Of a stretch of 60,000 nucleotides of DNA, positions 1-14,762 are shown one piece after another (the first letter of the stretch is position 1; every line of letters starts with the position of its first letter). The notes beneath the pieces are model-generated. The model made no database searches and was not told the DNA's origin. It saw only the letters and a program-made list of their open reading frames with translations. Source of the DNA: Camelus dromedarius (Eukaryota); NCBI RefSeq assembly GCF_036321535.1, contig NC_087436.1, forward strand, positions 85,748,001 to 85,808,000, read 5' to 3'. The translations under genes were made by a program, and so were the position numbers.

Positions 1-1051
1 GAAGTTAAAAGATAGTATCAAATAATCAAAGGAAAGCGTTTGTGGAAAAAAGAGGAACACAATGAGTATCGATCTTGGAGAGCTCTTCCAGCTGAGAAGG
101 TGTAGCAAAGAGTCAAGAGAGATTTTTTAAAAATGAAACCACCGGAAAGGAAGGGGAGAGGCTAAGAGGTAAGGAAGGCAACACAGCAGAAGGTTTCAAA
201 GACAAGGCGGATGGGTCCCTGGGCAGATGCTGAGCAAGATCAAAGGGCAGGAACACAAGTCCCCAGGTTTGGTTAGAGAGACACCACAGGAAATCCAGTT
301 TCAGTTGAGTGGGAATTTCTGTTGGCGTCAAGGTTAAAGGCTGCGAGTGTAGACCTCTCCTTGGAGAGCTGCAGCAGGAGACAGCACAGAAATAGATCTG
401 TAGTCAAACAAGGTTAAAAGTAAAAAAAAAAAAAAAATAGGAGGCCTGTTGACATCTAAAGGTAGGTTAAACAGATCCGTGGAGAGGTACAGACCAAAGG
501 GGCTCCGAGAAGGGTTCCTGCCCCTGAAGGTGTGTATAAGTGATCAGTCTCAAGTCCAGTTTGTTGTCCAGACAAACATTTCATTTGGGCACCTTTCAGC
601 CATGGTATCAATTGTAGCTCCGTGATGTCACGCCAAGTCCACCCCCAGATCAGAAGATGCTCAGCAGCCGTGATTTACAGACGATTAACAATGAGGTCAG
701 TTATAATAGTCAAATGTTACTAAGCACCAACAACATGAGAAGTGCTACGTACGAGACTGTGCCCGCTAGGCCCAGCTTCTAAAAGGAGGAGCCAGAACAT
801 GGAAACAACATGGCTGGGATCATTCTTAAAGGCATACAAAGTATTAAGTAATGAAATTGGGCACAGTGGTAAATGGAGATGCTATTATTTCAATAACTTA
901 TCCGCTTTAAAAAAAAAAAGGAGTTGTTCCATGTCAATACGAGCGATGCTAATAGTTAATTCTATCCAAAAATTCTCAAAGAATTTATATTGCAATATAT
1001 TTCAATCAATTCAATCTTCTCAAGAGTGGATCTTAAGGGCAATGTAGCTAC

Positions 1052-1091
1052 TACAATCTGGTTAAATAAATTACAATCTGGTTGAATAAAT
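1052..1091 (+). repeat. 20-bp tandem duplication
   Basis: TACAATCTGGTTAAATAAAT followed by TACAATCTGGTTGAATAAAT (1 mismatch). Confidence 0.9.
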
Positions 1092-1339
1092 ATTACTAAC
1101 TTCTAGAGACCTGCCACCCCAATGTAGGCAAGGCCTAGCTGTGTGACCTAAGGCAGGCCACTTGACCTCTCTGTGCCCAAGTTTCCACATTTGGAAAATG
1201 ATGATAGATCCCCATGACTCATTTCACAGAGTTCTTATGGGAATCAAATGCGATAAATACGTGAAAGAAGCTTAACACAGGACTGGGCAGTTTATAATAA
1301 AAGCTAGCTATTACAGTTAAGCAGTAAAGCATCTTAGAT

Positions 1340-1550
1340 AAGAATGTGGCTCTTGAGATAGGACTGTCTGGATCTGCATCCCAGCTCTGCCACTTAACTA
1401 AGTGTGTAGCCCTTAGGCAAGTTACTAACCAACTCAGCCTCGGTTTCCTCATCTGTAAAGTAGGGACAGTAACAGCACCTATTTCATAAGGCAGTTATGT
1501 CAAGTACTCAGAACTGTGCTCAAGCACACAGTAAACACAGTAAGTACAAG
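1340..1550 (+). mobile_element. MIR SINE (a second MIR lies at ~1120-1290)
   Basis: CCCAGCTCTGCCACTTAACTAAGTGTGTAGCCCTTAGGCAAGTTACTAACC...CTCAGCCTCGGTTTCCTCATCTGTAAAGTAGGG core. Confidence 0.85.
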
Positions 1551-3349
1551 ACACAATTACTCTAAAAACAGAATCTCTTATCTTCCCTCCAATCAGTCCT
1601 GAGTTACTCACTTCCTATGGATGCAAATGGTTCCATCATTTCCCAAACAGATTTCTGCCTGACTTCTCCCTCCTTGGCAGCAAATCATAGCAATCTTTCC
1701 TCAGAGCCTTGGCCACACATCCTCGTGTGACTTTCCACTCCTGCCGCCCCACCCTAGACTAGCCATTTAACAATGTCACAGAGAGAACATCCTCTCTAAA
1801 AGATCTCCGTGCCTCCAGTCTCTGCACACGCCCCTCCCAAGTCATCCTCCCTAATAAGCCTCAGATCCATCATTCAAAAGCACCATCTTTTCAACAATCC
1901 CACTCCCAGCCTCAAAAACCCTACTGACATCATGTACATTACCAAGCACATTCACAGGATTACTTTCCAGCTGTCTCCTCTGGATCCAACCAGCCTCTCC
2001 AATCAGACAGAACCTTAGGTCAAGGATTCTGCAAATATTCTTCACTCCTTACTATGCCCATCTCTCTGCCCGTGTCCCCAGGACACAGCTACTTCACCAA
2101 TACATCTTGTCGCCACGTGGAAAGCCCAGTCCTCATGGATGTCGTTGCCTAACCACCCTAGGTCATGATTACCTGTCCCCACTAAATCCCTCCAACATGC
2201 TCAGCCCCATCACCCATTTGGCTTCTACTGATGCACCATGCTGGTCTACATCTAGACCCTACCCCCCTGCTTACTGCAAGGTCTTAGGACCCTCAGAGTA
2301 AGGATCATGGTACTCACATAGTCATCAAAAGACTCCCTTCAATCCCTGAACATATAAAAGATTGAAGGAAGGACAGCTTCCTAAACACCCAAGCCCTGAA
2401 AGAGATGCCAATAGTCCATTGACCTATCCCCCAAAGAGGACAAATGTCCACTCTGTGGCTCCACTAAAATAAGGAAGGTTTAATTCATCCATTAAAACTA
2501 CTATGGATACCTCCAAACAAGGCACCTCCAAATTGGAGATCACTAGTTAAGCTTTACTCCTAGAATTTTAAAAAATAATACATTTTTTAAAATAATCGCC
2601 ACCAGAAGCGTTCAGGGTTCTATTTTCAAAATAAACTATGTACAAGTTCAACCCTCAAACTCACACTACAAAATGAAATAGAGCTTATATCAAGAGTGGG
2701 ACTGTAGATATGATTCTTTTTTTCCAAACTCTCTTGAATGTTGTTATAATGTTCTCACAATAAAAAGAAGTCTAGAGATTCATGTTAAAAGATGTATTAT
2801 GTGTATGTGTGTATGTGTATATATACCTTTATTATAGTTAAAAATCAAGACCAATAAGTTATTCCAACTGAGATTTGAAATTGCTCTGGGATCACACATT
2901 TTGAAATACGTCTGGTACATAGCAAGTTCTCAACAAATGTTTGCTGAATTGGGTTTTATCTATATCAGGACCCTCTGCATTAGAAAATGTACTTCCCTTA
3001 ATTATGTTTGGCTAATAAAAATACTAAGTTATTTTCTGTCTCCTGAACACATGTTAATTAATGAGCACCCCATCACCACCAAAATGATAAAAGGCAAAAC
3101 CCATCATTCTGGGGACCAAGTGATAGTGAATGATGGCTTGCTCTGGGCTAGGAACTCAAGGACCTATTCAGCAAATATTTCCCATGTATCTTGCTAAGTG
3201 CTGAACCCAGGAGACACTCCTTGCTCTCAAGGAGCATAAACAAGAGAGGAAAGGGGAACTTATGAACAGTTGACAATGCAAGATTTTAACAAGAGCTCAA
3301 GATAAATACCAACATATGCTCTGTAACCTCTTTAACTGGTATAAAACTC

Positions 3350-3910
3350 AACCATACTCAGTTGAAACAGATACTTGTACACCAACATTCATAGCTGCAT
3401 TATTCGCAATAGCCAAAAGGTGCAAAAGGTGGAAATAACCCAACTGTGCATCAACAGATAAATGGATAAACAAAATGTGGAATAAACATACAACAGAATT
3501 TTATTCAGTCATAAAAAGGAATGAAATTCTGACATAGGCTACAATAAAATGGATGAACTTTGAAAACATTAAGCTAAGTGAAATAAGCCAGACACAAAAG
3601 GATAAATACTGTATGGTTCCACATATATGAAGTACCAAGAAGAGGCAAATCCATGGAGACAGAAAGTAGGATAGAGGCAGAGGTTACCAACGGCTAAGGA
3701 GAGGAGGAAATGGAGAGTTACTGTCTAATGGGTACAGGGTTTCTGCTTGGGATGATTTAAAAAAAAAAAAGTCCTAGAAATGGATATGGTGATGATTACA
3801 CAACATTGTGAATGTACTTAATGGCACTGAATTAGACACTTAAAAATGGTACATTTTAAAGTGTGTATATTTTACCACAATTAAAAAAAAACTAAAATTA
3901 AAAAAAAAAT
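3350..3910 (+). mobile_element. L1M (L1MB-like) 3' end fragment
   Basis: TTCATAGCTGCATTATTCGCAATAGCCAAAAGG...AAATGGATAAACAAAATGTGG...GACAGAAAGTAG...TTTTACCACAATTAAAAAA, typical of an L1 ORF2 end and 3' UTR. Confidence 0.85.
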
Positions 3911-6799
3911 CAACAATTCTTCAAGGCCCAGGTGTTTTCAGCCACCTCAGCTCTTTCTGTTAGCCCCTCACGTTTATCTTAAATTACATCATTTAAAAAT
4001 TAGCAGTTATTATTTTTATTTGTTCCACATAGTGGTGCTTGCAGGCATCAACAGCATCTTTCTTCCCAGCTCTCTATTACAGTATACAAAGTAGGCGTTC
4101 ATAACAGAAGCTCTTTTAATCCTCTGGGCTGAATAACCTAGAAGTTTTAACCACACTGACTATTGGCCAAGAGACCCCGATGCTCAAGGCTACTAGTTCT
4201 TCTCCCACACATCTTTGCTTTTCTTCTCACACTATCTGAGTCCTTTGGTTTTATTCTCAAACCTGTTTATGGAAGTTGAACTTGATACTGTATTATAGAT
4301 AAATTAAGTACAAGTTATGAAAATTGATGAAATGTGAGTGTGTGTATGTGTTGGGGGAGAGCTGTTAATTCTCCGATAACCAAGCAACCCACTTCATAAG
4401 TGTAGCTTAGTGGCTCAACCAAAAAAAAGACTATAGGTACTTCCAATTAAATGTGGGTTAAACACTGGAAGATTGGGGGAGGGCCTCCAATTCATTTACA
4501 CAGGGGGATTCTGCATCCGACTGTCTCAGAAGCACTACGTTTAAGGAAACTGAAATTAAAAATTGCAGACCTTGCGTTGTGGGTGTGGTTTATGGTGAGG
4601 GCAGCAGCTCAGACTCCCTGAGAACTCCCATCAGTCAACCCAAACTCAAAGAAAAAAGATTCTGCTTCTCCATCCAAAAGAAAAAAAAAAAGCTATCCAC
4701 CTTTCTTCTTCTAAGCAAAAGTAAACCATTCAAGGTAGACCTGTATTTTTTGTGATCTGAGTCTAGACTGGGCTTCTACAGTAGAAGGTTCTTAATGATC
4801 TGTGTAAATGGGGGTGACTTTCTTGAGCATGGAGTGTGCCCCAATCACCTTTGGTAATGGTTGGACCATGTCAACTGTTACTTCAATCTTGAGTCTCAAC
4901 TGTCCTCCTCAACTTGTTACATCTTTCTCAAATGTCTAAAGGTGCAAAGACTGGATTTATAGCTGGGGTTAGAAGTAAGGAGTCATTTCAAAACCTTCTC
5001 CTCTTTGGAAACAGATATAAGGAACCAGGCAAAATGGTGGGGAAGAAAACCCACGCAGAGAGACTTACTCTGGTTTTGGGGAAGTGGAGCTGTGACTAAG
5101 GCAAAACTCAAAGCTCCATTGTTGTTCAACTACTCTTTGGTTCACATACTCTTCCACCGCAATTTGTAATAAAAAGCTAATGGTTTGTACATCCTACTGT
5201 TTCTGACATACTTCTACATTCCCATAGGAATAAACTAGATAAAAATCAAAACGGAAGGATCCTAGTAATTGGCCCCAACACCCATGAGGCTTTAAAAACA
5301 AGTAGATGATACTGGAAATAGAATAAAGCCGGGGGAGAGGGGTATGAGCTCAGTGAAAACCACACGAGTCCTAAAAAATGCTCTTGCCCAGTAGCAGGGA
5401 GAGAGTGAATCCACTGCGAAGGAAGCCGTGCCACAGAGGGTCCCAGCATGGCCCCCATTCCACTGCAGTGAGGACACGCCAGCAGAACCATTAAGAAGTC
5501 TTCTATTTCAACATGCGTCTGCTGCATAATTATGACTATGGTAGTGAGCTAGGTGCTGACGGGGAACTCAGCCCTGTGTAGGAGACGAATCCAATGTACA
5601 TGAAATAAAAGTACTGAAAGGGGACAAGCATGTCCCAAGACTCAAAAGAGGCAGCTATTATTCTGCCCAAAAGGATGATGAAAAGCTCCAGGGGGAGGGG
5701 CCGTAAGAGGTGAGTCAAGACTGTGTGTGTTTGCATGTGTCTCTGTTTGTAAGTGTATTTGAGCAAAAGTGCATCCTATGAGGACCCCATCCCACCCACA
5801 AGCAAACTGTGAGCTCTCAGACTCCAAAGCAAGGCCTGGACCCATCTCTAGCCTCAAAGGATCGCAGGGCACCAAGAATACACGATGTGCTGGGAGAAGG
5901 AATGACGACATACGGGAGATGCAGGGGTGCAGGACAGGGGAAGACAATTTGGGACATCATCCTACAGAGCGGTGCTTTTCTGATCTAGGATGTTTGCTAA
6001 CTGTCTCCTTGAAGGTCAATTTCACTCAGTGGCAAACAAGTGTAAACATTCTTTTATAGTATATTACGTATCATAAAATAGAAAGAAAGAAAATTTTTCA
6101 GGGGAAAAAAAAACCACGAGTTTTCAAAGAAGTTAAACTGCCTCACAACTACATACTCCCAAACACCACCATCCAAATCCCTACTGCCTTCAACTTTTAA
6201 AAGCACCTCCACGGACAAGTTTGAGAACAGTCTTAAATGGGTCACATGAATTTCAATTCACAAATCTATTTCCGAAGGATTTTCTGGGTAAAAGAAAAGC
6301 TCAGCTGTATCTTTAATCTTGTAATATATAGATTTAAAGTACTCAAATGGGTAGAACTCATTGTTAAAATCCATTTGGGTTTGACAGGAGGTAAATAACA
6401 AGTAATTGGGACAATCTCCTCACTACCCTTTAAGTCTCTCATCACAATACTCCTATGTTCAAGGCCTGAAAAGGTAAGTCCTTGACACAATGCAAATTTG
6501 TACTTAGCTTTTAAAAATAAACGAAATTTTCTCTCTGCATGCCAGGTCTTTGTACTACATTAGGTCCAGGATATTTAGTGATTAGACACAATCTGTTTCA
6601 ATATTCAAGACAATAGATGGTTTCAAGCAATAGCCAGAGACCATCGTAAAATGATCAGCCATTTGAAAGTCAGTTTAAAATCACAAAATAACAAAGACTT
6701 CCTGTAGCACAGCTTTTTTTTTGTTTTTTTTTTACAGCAGCTCCTTAAGTATATTTCAACATTGGTCTAAAGATTATGAACTAATTGACAGAAGGGACT

Positions 6800-7800
6800 G
6801 AAGGACAGAGGAAGAAAAGCGGGCGTGTTAGTCATTAGTGGCAAAGAGAGACGGCTCAGTAACAAAGCAAGCACTTCTGAAACATGTCTTCATTGATGAA
6901 ATGGTAATTGGGCTCCTACCATTTGGCCTGGGTGGGGCTGGGGACCAGGAATCCAGAGCAGCCCAGTGGGGAAGATGGACTCACACAGATAATTACCGTA
7001 CAATGAAGCAGGCACAGGCAAATAGGACAACAGAGCAGGTGGGCAAGAGTAGGGGTCAGAAAGGATTCCCAGAGCTCAAATTAAAAGATGTGTGTGACCT
7101 GGCCAGGCTGCAGGCAGAGAAGATCTAGCAGGTGGGGGACCACAAGAGCAAATGTCACACAAATAGCAAGGCGCGTGCTTAGAGGTGGTACCATCAGAAT
7201 CATCGCGGCATCGAGGTGTGAGGCTAGAGACCCAGTAGGGCTTCCTTTGTCAGGGTGAAGAGGTGAGGCTGCCCTGATGGGGAGTTATGGGTGTATGTTT
7301 CCTGGGGTGGGGGGGGAACCCCAACAGGAGCAGTGAAGGACTAGTGACCAGGACAGGTAGGAGACAACTAAATTCAGACCAGAGCTGATAAGAGCATAAG
7401 ACAGAGGTGTGGGGATGGACAGAAGGGATGGGTGTTTACTAGCTGAGGACAGGGCCTTGGAATGGGTTGGATCTGGGCAGTGAGGAAGCAAGAAAAAAGA
7501 GTGAAAACACCACTATTTTTGGCTGAGGTGATGGGAAGATGGGGTGCCAACAGACTGGAAGGGGGAAAACTGATTTAGGGGCATTTGAACCAGCAGCTGG
7601 CAGCTGAAAGTTCTTGCAAATCGAGGTAGGGAGGTGGATCGGGGCCACAGACATACTCACCAGCACACAAGGGGTGTTTGTCGGGGTGGTAGCCAGGGGT
7701 GTCCATGAAATCATCCAGGGAGGGAGTGCAGACTACAAAGAATACAGGGGCTGAGGAGGAAATGACAAGGCCCAAGGTGGCTGGAGTAGGGCAGAGATGG
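6800..7800 (+). mobile_element. Degenerate L2 LINE fragment(s)
   Basis: Purine-rich decayed sequence with L2-like motifs (GTGACCAGGACAGGTAGGAGAC, TTTTGGCTGAGGTGATGGGAAGATGGGGTGCCA). Confidence 0.5.
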
Positions 7801-9714
7801 CCATGACTCGACTGCTAAGGGAGAATCAGCAAATTACAGATTAGATGGTGCAGAGGGACTTCTAGGTGGATGCTAGGATCTCAGAGGACATGGCAGCAGG
7901 CAAGGGAGCAGAAAAGGGCAGAGAACCAGTCCCAAAGACTTCAGCACACAGGATTGGTCACTGACGGCAGCGAAGAGGGATGGAGACTCGTGGAACTTAC
8001 ATCCCTCATTCGCCACCCTGGCTGCACGCTGGAAACCCTGACATCCCAGCCCGACCCTTCACTAGTCCCACCAGAATCTCTGGCAGTACCACAGTTGTGG
8101 GATGTGGGAGGACAGGAGCTTTGACTTCATGTGCTGTTGGGGGACAGCGACCTGAGGACCAGTCAAGGGGAGGAAGACGAGGGGGAGAAGGGTAGGGAGG
8201 AGAGGGAAAGGAGGAGAAGGGAGGACTCTTGAAGTCAGTGAGCAGGGGAGGCAGTGGCTAAGGGTGAAGTGGAAGAGACACGGAAGCTCCCAGAGGGCTC
8301 ACATGAAAAGTTGGGGGGTGAGTATGCACAGAAGCAGGCGGGCAGGGAGAACAAGAAGGAAGGAGTGGGAGGCAGGAACAGAGAGGGGTGACTAGCAGAG
8401 AAGGCCACTAAGCACTGCTGGAGGCACTAGGCTGTCACTGCCTGACCTCAAGGGCTGATGAATGCGGTCATCAGGTGCATGAGCCCATCTGGGGTAGAAG
8501 GCACCAAAGGCAGGGTGAAAACCCTATTTTTAAGCCCCTCTTTCTTTGGACCTGCTCTTTTTAGGAAAATAACCATGGCACAAAGGAGCTGTGATACCAC
8601 ATGTGGGTCCCACAGTCCCACAAGTATCTGAAGCTCCCTGGTGCTAGAAAGAGATGTACCAGCACAAACTGGTGTGGCCCTTCACTGGGGAGGCAGGGTC
8701 AGGCCACGCCATCCCATTCTCACCTCCTCATCAGCTCACTCTTCTGTGGGCTTCCAGCCTGGGTGGATTCACCTGTGGTTTGGGCCCTTCCTGCCTCAGC
8801 TCCTGAAAGCGGTTTCCTCCCAGGGGCCAGGTCAGCCCCTCTACTTTCTGCCTTAACCACATGGCCAAACCCAGCACTAATAAATCACGTGTGTTGATCA
8901 TAGCTTTCCTGTAGCATTTGCATTTTCCACTTTCCTGACGGTTATTGTGATCCTCGGACAAATCATGCAGGCTTCGTCCTCCACTATAAAGCAAGAGCAT
9001 CCCACGCAGATTCCTTCAAAACTGCCCAACTGGGAGCTTCCCTGCACTTGAACCCTCAACTCCCCTCTTTCCATCAGTTCACTCACAAGCATGCCATCTG
9101 GTGGCAAGAGAAGATGCCCTCGGGCTGCTTTTGCTTTCTGAAAAGCACACCCAAGATCAAGGGGATGTTAGATGTTCTGCAGACTTCTAAGGAAACTTAC
9201 TAAGGGGACTCAGCAGCAAGGAGCCAAGTCTCCAATAAATGCCTTTGCAAGGACATCTGTCAAAGCTTTTCTCAGGTTGGAGGTAATGAGCAAAATTATT
9301 GTTTGGTGTCTGTTAAGATATTTACTATTTGTACATTTTAGATAAAGTGTGTAACTGCATATTTTTGCTCTGAAGCAGTTGGTGAAGGATGTAAAGGAAA
9401 AAATGTAATGGTGGGGACACAGAGAAATTCTGTATTCTACATCTTGAGCAAGTCCCTTAGGTTTTAGGCCTGTTTCCTCTTCTGAAAAAGTAAAAAGAAG
9501 CCATCAAAAGCTCTAAGGTTCTAGAATCTGTCATCAAGTACTTAGGCCATAAAAGGGTCAAAATAAGTAACGCTTTATAAAGATCCAGTGGCTGGACATA
9601 AAAGGTACTCAACTCTTTGTGCCAAAAATGAATAGCACTAATTCTCTTATGATATAACTTTTTTCTTTTTTTTCATTTTTCACTTCTTATATTCTTTTTC
9701 TTCATTTCTTATAT

Positions 9715-9905
9715 TCTTAATTGTATAGTCAGTTTACACTGTTGTGTCGATTTCTGGTGCACAGCATCATGTTTCAGTCATACATATACACACATATATT
9801 CCTTTTCATATTCTTTTTCATTATAGGTTACTACAAGATATTGAATACAGTTCCCTGTGCTATACAGTAGGATCTTGTTGTTTATCTATTTTATATACAG
9901 TAGTT
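9715..9905 (-). mobile_element. L1 3' UTR fragment (cetartiodactyl-type)
   Basis: TACAAGATATTGAATACAGTTCCCTGTGCTATACAGTAGG motif, shared with the copies at ~26.2, 35.6, 39.5, 41.2 and 44.1 kb. Confidence 0.8.
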
Positions 9906-11006
9906 ACTTACTTTGTTTTTAAACTTCCATTTAAAAACAGAATTAGACTAAGGGCCTAAACATAAAATCTGATCCCTGGCTCTTACGTCTTATAAAGTGA
10001 GTAAGTAACAAGTGTGAAGATGCAGGTATCACCTATTCAACACTGAAAGAAGGATCCTTTTCAGCTTATTATTCTGCAAAACTTCTAGATACGCATACAT
10101 CCCCAAGCAGCAAAGGCTTTCCTAGGGCTACTTAATACATTTCCTACTCACTCATCCTAAGAAAAATACAACCCAGTGTTTGAGGAAGCAGGACTTCCCC
10201 TTTTGATCTCAGACAAAGATATGTAGGGCCATTATGAAGTGGGTCTTTGAGGAGTCAGATAAGGTCTGGATGTGACAGCACAATGTATTAGGATTCATCC
10301 CTGCAGCAGAAAAGAGGAACTTCCTCATTTCCAGTAGGTTTTTCCCAAAGCCCAGCACAACTCCTGTTGTAAATATGTTGATTTCCATGTTTTGAGTTCT
10401 GGAAAGCACTTACTAAGAAGCAGGTAACAAGCAGAGGGTCTCAATCCAATTATCACCCAGGCAAGATCTGCACTGTTGGTGAGGTTGGGGGGTAGGGGAG
10501 GGGGTAGCTCTTGACTTCTTTCAACATTAACTTACTTGACTTAAACAACAACTAAAGAATAAAGTGAAAAGGAACAGGGGAAGAAGACCGTGGAGAAGGT
10601 CAGCCACACTCGTCGAAGACCAGCTTCACCTCAGACCTACTGAGCTCGAAGCCTCGGTGGGTCTCACCTCCAAGCAGGCCCTCCTGGCTGCAAGGCTCAA
10701 CAGAAATTCTGCAGGAGCTGGTCGGGCGCAAACTGCCTGCAGGTTAGCATTGTCCTGGACACATGTGGTGGAGTGTGGGCAACGAGCGCTCCAACTGGAC
10801 TCATCACCATGCCATTTCCTCCAAGCAGGAAACTGAGAATTCTGCAAAATGCCAATTCCTAGGCTCAGGAGGGGACATAAGGTGGTGTTACTGGCAAATG
10901 AAACCTTCAAGAAATAAAATGATGTGACACCCTTAAGCTCCAGTACTAATTCTATATATCTCATTCTAATGACATCAGGTGTGGTACCATTAAGCAAGGG
11001 TGAGGA

Positions 11007-11137
11007 GGGGAGGGTAGAGCTCAGTGGTAGAGCACATGCTTAGCAAGCACGAGATCCTGGGTTCAATCCCCAGTATCTCTATTAAAATAAACAAACATAA
11101 TTACCGTCCCCCAAATAAAAACAAAACAAAACAAAAA
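11007..11137 (+). mobile_element. tRNA-derived SINE (camelid Vic-1-like)
   Basis: GGGGAGGGTAGAGCTCAGTGGTAGAG (A box) ... GGTTCAATCCCC (B box), then AT-rich linker, TAATTACCGTCCCCC and an (AAAAC)n tail. Confidence 0.88.
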
Positions 11138-11209
11138 GGTAAAGGATTGTCTGGCAACATCGACAGTCACGAACATAAATATATGCCAACTAGGGCATTT
11201 AAGAAACAT

Positions 11210-11640
11210 TTTTTTTGGTGGTAAAATAGGCATAACACAAAATCTACCATTTCAAGCATTTTCAGTTTCACAATTAAGTGGCAATAAGTATTCACAATGT
11301 TGTGCAACAGTCACCACTGTCCATCTCCAGAACATTTCATCATCCCAAAGTGAAACTCCGCACCTACTCAGGAATAACTCCCCATTCCACCTGCACCCCT
11401 GATAGCAACTGCTCCACTTTCTGCCTCTATGAATCTGACTTCTCCAGGGACCTCACATAAGTGGAACCACACAATATGCGTCCTTCTGTGTCTCATTTAT
11501 TTAACTCAGCATACTGTCTCCAAAGTTCATCTAAGTTGCAGCATGTGTCAGAATTTCCTTTTTAAGGCTAAATAACACTCCATTGTATGTATATATCACA
11601 TTTTCTTTCATCCATTTATCCTGACCTTTGGGTTGTTTTC
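11210..11640 (-). mobile_element. L1M 3' fragment
   Basis: GGTGGTAAAATAGGCATAACACAAAATCTACCATTT...CCTCACATAAGTGGAACCACACAATAT...CCATTGTATGTATATATCACATTTT. Confidence 0.8.
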
Positions 11641-14577
11641 CTGAGGCACTTTTTAAACACTGCCTTCAAATGTGATCTGCATTTTTGAAAGGCTTCTCTG
11701 ATTTACTAGCTCTGAAAAATGCTCGGAATAATACTTGGCTTAAATAGATATTTAAGCTAATTTTCACCATAATGGGCAAACCAATACATTGTCTAGTGAT
11801 TATACACTATGAATTTTTTAATAGACCTGTCAGAAAAGGGAAATCACACCTTCCCCTCTATCCCATACCCAGAGTGGGCAGAATGTTTTTCCCTCTATTT
11901 CCACTTTCAAAATGAAGTTTTATAGCCACAGGGCTGGTTTAAAACAAAGGAAGTAAAAATAAAAGCATTCATTTTTTAAAAAATGAATTTTATCTGAATT
12001 AGTTGCCAGAGAAAAAGGTTACCAGCATTGTCGACTGTCTTGCAGAGAGACTTGAATTAGCAGGGGCCAAACAATTTAGCTGCAGCCCTGGATAACAAAT
12101 TGGGGCAAATCCCCAACCTCCCCTTTTTTTTCACCGAACAGGTAGAAACATACAGGGAGACTCTTTATATTGGCTATATTATCTTGCCATGGAAGAGGTT
12201 CTGTTTGTCAGGTGCTAGACAGAGCCAAGTTCCAGGAAGGCAGGGGGTGGGTTTTAAGGTCCAAGTTGAATTTCAAGGAATGGGACTAGGGCTGAGGGCA
12301 GAAGTGAGCACGTGTCCCTCCTGAAGCCAGGCCCCACCCTAGAGGCACGGGGCAGTGGGGGAGACCACATGGGTGGGGGGCAGAAGGAGGAACTCAGTCT
12401 GGGTGGCCTCAATATTCTCCTCAAACCCAAGGCTGAGACTCACGTGGCTTTTCGGGGGCATGTTAGCAACTTCTCAAATAGGTCAGAATAGTATGTATAT
12501 ACATGGACAAAGTAAATGTGGCAAAATGTTAATAATCAGAGAGTCTAGGTGAAGGGTATCCTGGAGTTCTTTGTATTAATCTTGCAACTTTTGTAACATT
12601 ATTCAGCAATCTTTCAAAGTTTAGAAACCAGCTCAGAGACTGTAGATGATGGTGCTTCTCTGAGCTTGGATGAGCAAGGGAAAAAACAAGAATATAGAAA
12701 AAGGTGTGGGTTTTGGAGATTCCAAGCTGAGTCCCCTGACCTCTCCAAGCCTCAGTTTTGACATCTATAAATTGGGGGTGAGATACATCAGGATCCTTAC
12801 ATTATCTCTAAATCCCATACCTACCTTGCACTCAATAAATGGTCACAAGTGAGAAATAGTGTTTATGTCGTTTGTTCTACAACTTTCTGCATTGATTACG
12901 TTCACTTAATCTATCAGGAGTTTACAATAGGTGTAAGAGAGTATGCGGAGCCCCAAATGTAAAACAAACACAACAATCCATCTGGCAAACAGTCAGCAGA
13001 TCAGTTCCTCTATCAAGAAAGATTGCCACAAGCCACTCTAGATCCTAAAACCTCCATCCTTAAAAAGAATTTGAGCCCTAGTTCTCAATATACGTATTTT
13101 TATAAATTACACCCATGTGTGCTATTTGCCAACGCTTCCACTAATTATCAGCAAGGCTGATTTAGCTTCTGATTTGAGGCAAATGCCCCCACTTTGAAGC
13201 TGCCACCTCTGGGAGGTAATTCCCATGCTGTCACCTTCCAGAATAGGAATGAAAACCCCTAGCTTTATCCAGGCCAAGACAAACTGACCAAAATTTTTGC
13301 ATCTCTGTTCTATCAAACAGATCTGAAAGTGGGTGGGGAGCAAGAGGGTGCCCCAACATTAACTGTGAACAGAGCAGACACGTCTTCCCAGAAGCCCTGA
13401 GGGGACGAGCCACAACAGTCAGTTCCCTGGAAACTTCCCAGGTGCCACCTCTACCACTCGGGCTGCTGGTTTCTGGCCCGTATATTACGAACATCTTCAA
13501 GGTCAGTGGATTTCTCTCCTTTCGCAAATCCCTGGAAGCATCATACTCAAGATTATTTTTCTTGGCTGTCCCACAGGTCAGACCCCCAACGAAAACCAAA
13601 TTATGAGATTCTGCTGCCGCGGTGCAAGGGACTCGCCTTTCCAGGAGGATTAGATGGTGGTGACAACCGCTCCTGAAAATAAAACTCATCAGGTGACACC
13701 TCCATGGAACTGCATATATTATCCAGCCCACGTGTCCTAGGAACAAAGATGGGGGGTTCCTCCCACACCATTCATTCATTTATCTAAAATTTTTTCTTGA
13801 ATGTTTGCCAGGTGCTGGGCCCTGGGGTAGCAGTGAACAAAGCAGGGTCTCTCCCCCTCCTCGAATGTGTATTTAGCTCCACCGGTGAGCAATAAACCAA
13901 TAATTATACAATTATATAATTACAATGTGAAGAGTGTGCAGAAGTACACTGTACAGGGAGAGCTGGCCTGACCTTCGCTGGGGGGTCAAAAAGGACTACA
14001 AAGGAAACATGCGAGCTGGGATCTGAACGCACTGAGACCAGGGAGAAATACAGTGTGCCCGGCAGCAGGCAGAGTGGCTCCTGCAGCTTGAAGGAGCAAG
14101 GACACCTTGAAAGAGTGAGGAAAGCACAGAAAGCAAAGGATGTGGCAGTCACCATGTGCAAAATGGAGATCAAGAAGAGACCCCTGGAGGCCTTAGCTGG
14201 GCTCTACATGGACAGACTTTATTCCGAGAGCACTGGGAAGTCTCCAGAAGGTTTTAATCAGAGAGGTACCTGATCATATTTGTCCTTTTAAATACCACCT
14301 GGAGGGGCCTTCCTGTCCCCTCTCCACCCCATCCTCCACCCCTCGCCATGTGCATGTTTTCCGATGGCCCTTGCAGCCTCTACCGAGGCACTGTCCCACG
14401 CACTGCGATTGTCTGTTTTCCAGTCTGGACCAACCAAAGCCTCTATCTTTTTAATGCAACAGAAAGAGAACTGAGAACTGCACCCTCATCTGACATGCAA
14501 AAGGCCACCCAAGCTTTAACTTTTTAATGACCACAGCCCAATGCTGTGAACAAGCCCAGTAATGTTTACACCCTAGA

Positions 14578-14762
14578 CCAGTCGTTCTCAAACTTGAGCC
14601 TGTACCAGAATCACCCGGATGGCTTGGGAAAAGGGACCGCAGGGCCCTGCTCCTAGGCTCCAATTTCAGCAGTTCTGGGATGGGAAGGGAGAGTCTGCCC
14701 TTCAGACAAGTCCCAGGCGATGCTGCAGCTGCAGGTCCAGGACCACACTTGGAGGACCAGTT
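14578..14762. mobile_element. MER5A-like hAT-Charlie element
   Basis: CAGTCGTTCTCAAACTTGAGCCTGTACCAGAATCACC...GATGCTGCAGCTGCAGGTCCAGGACCACACTTGGAGGACC. Confidence 0.78.

Noticed and set aside
10564..10997. Mildly CpG-rich stretch with overlapping ORFs, considered as a processed pseudogene
   Set aside because: No recognisable parent protein, poly-A tail or TSD.
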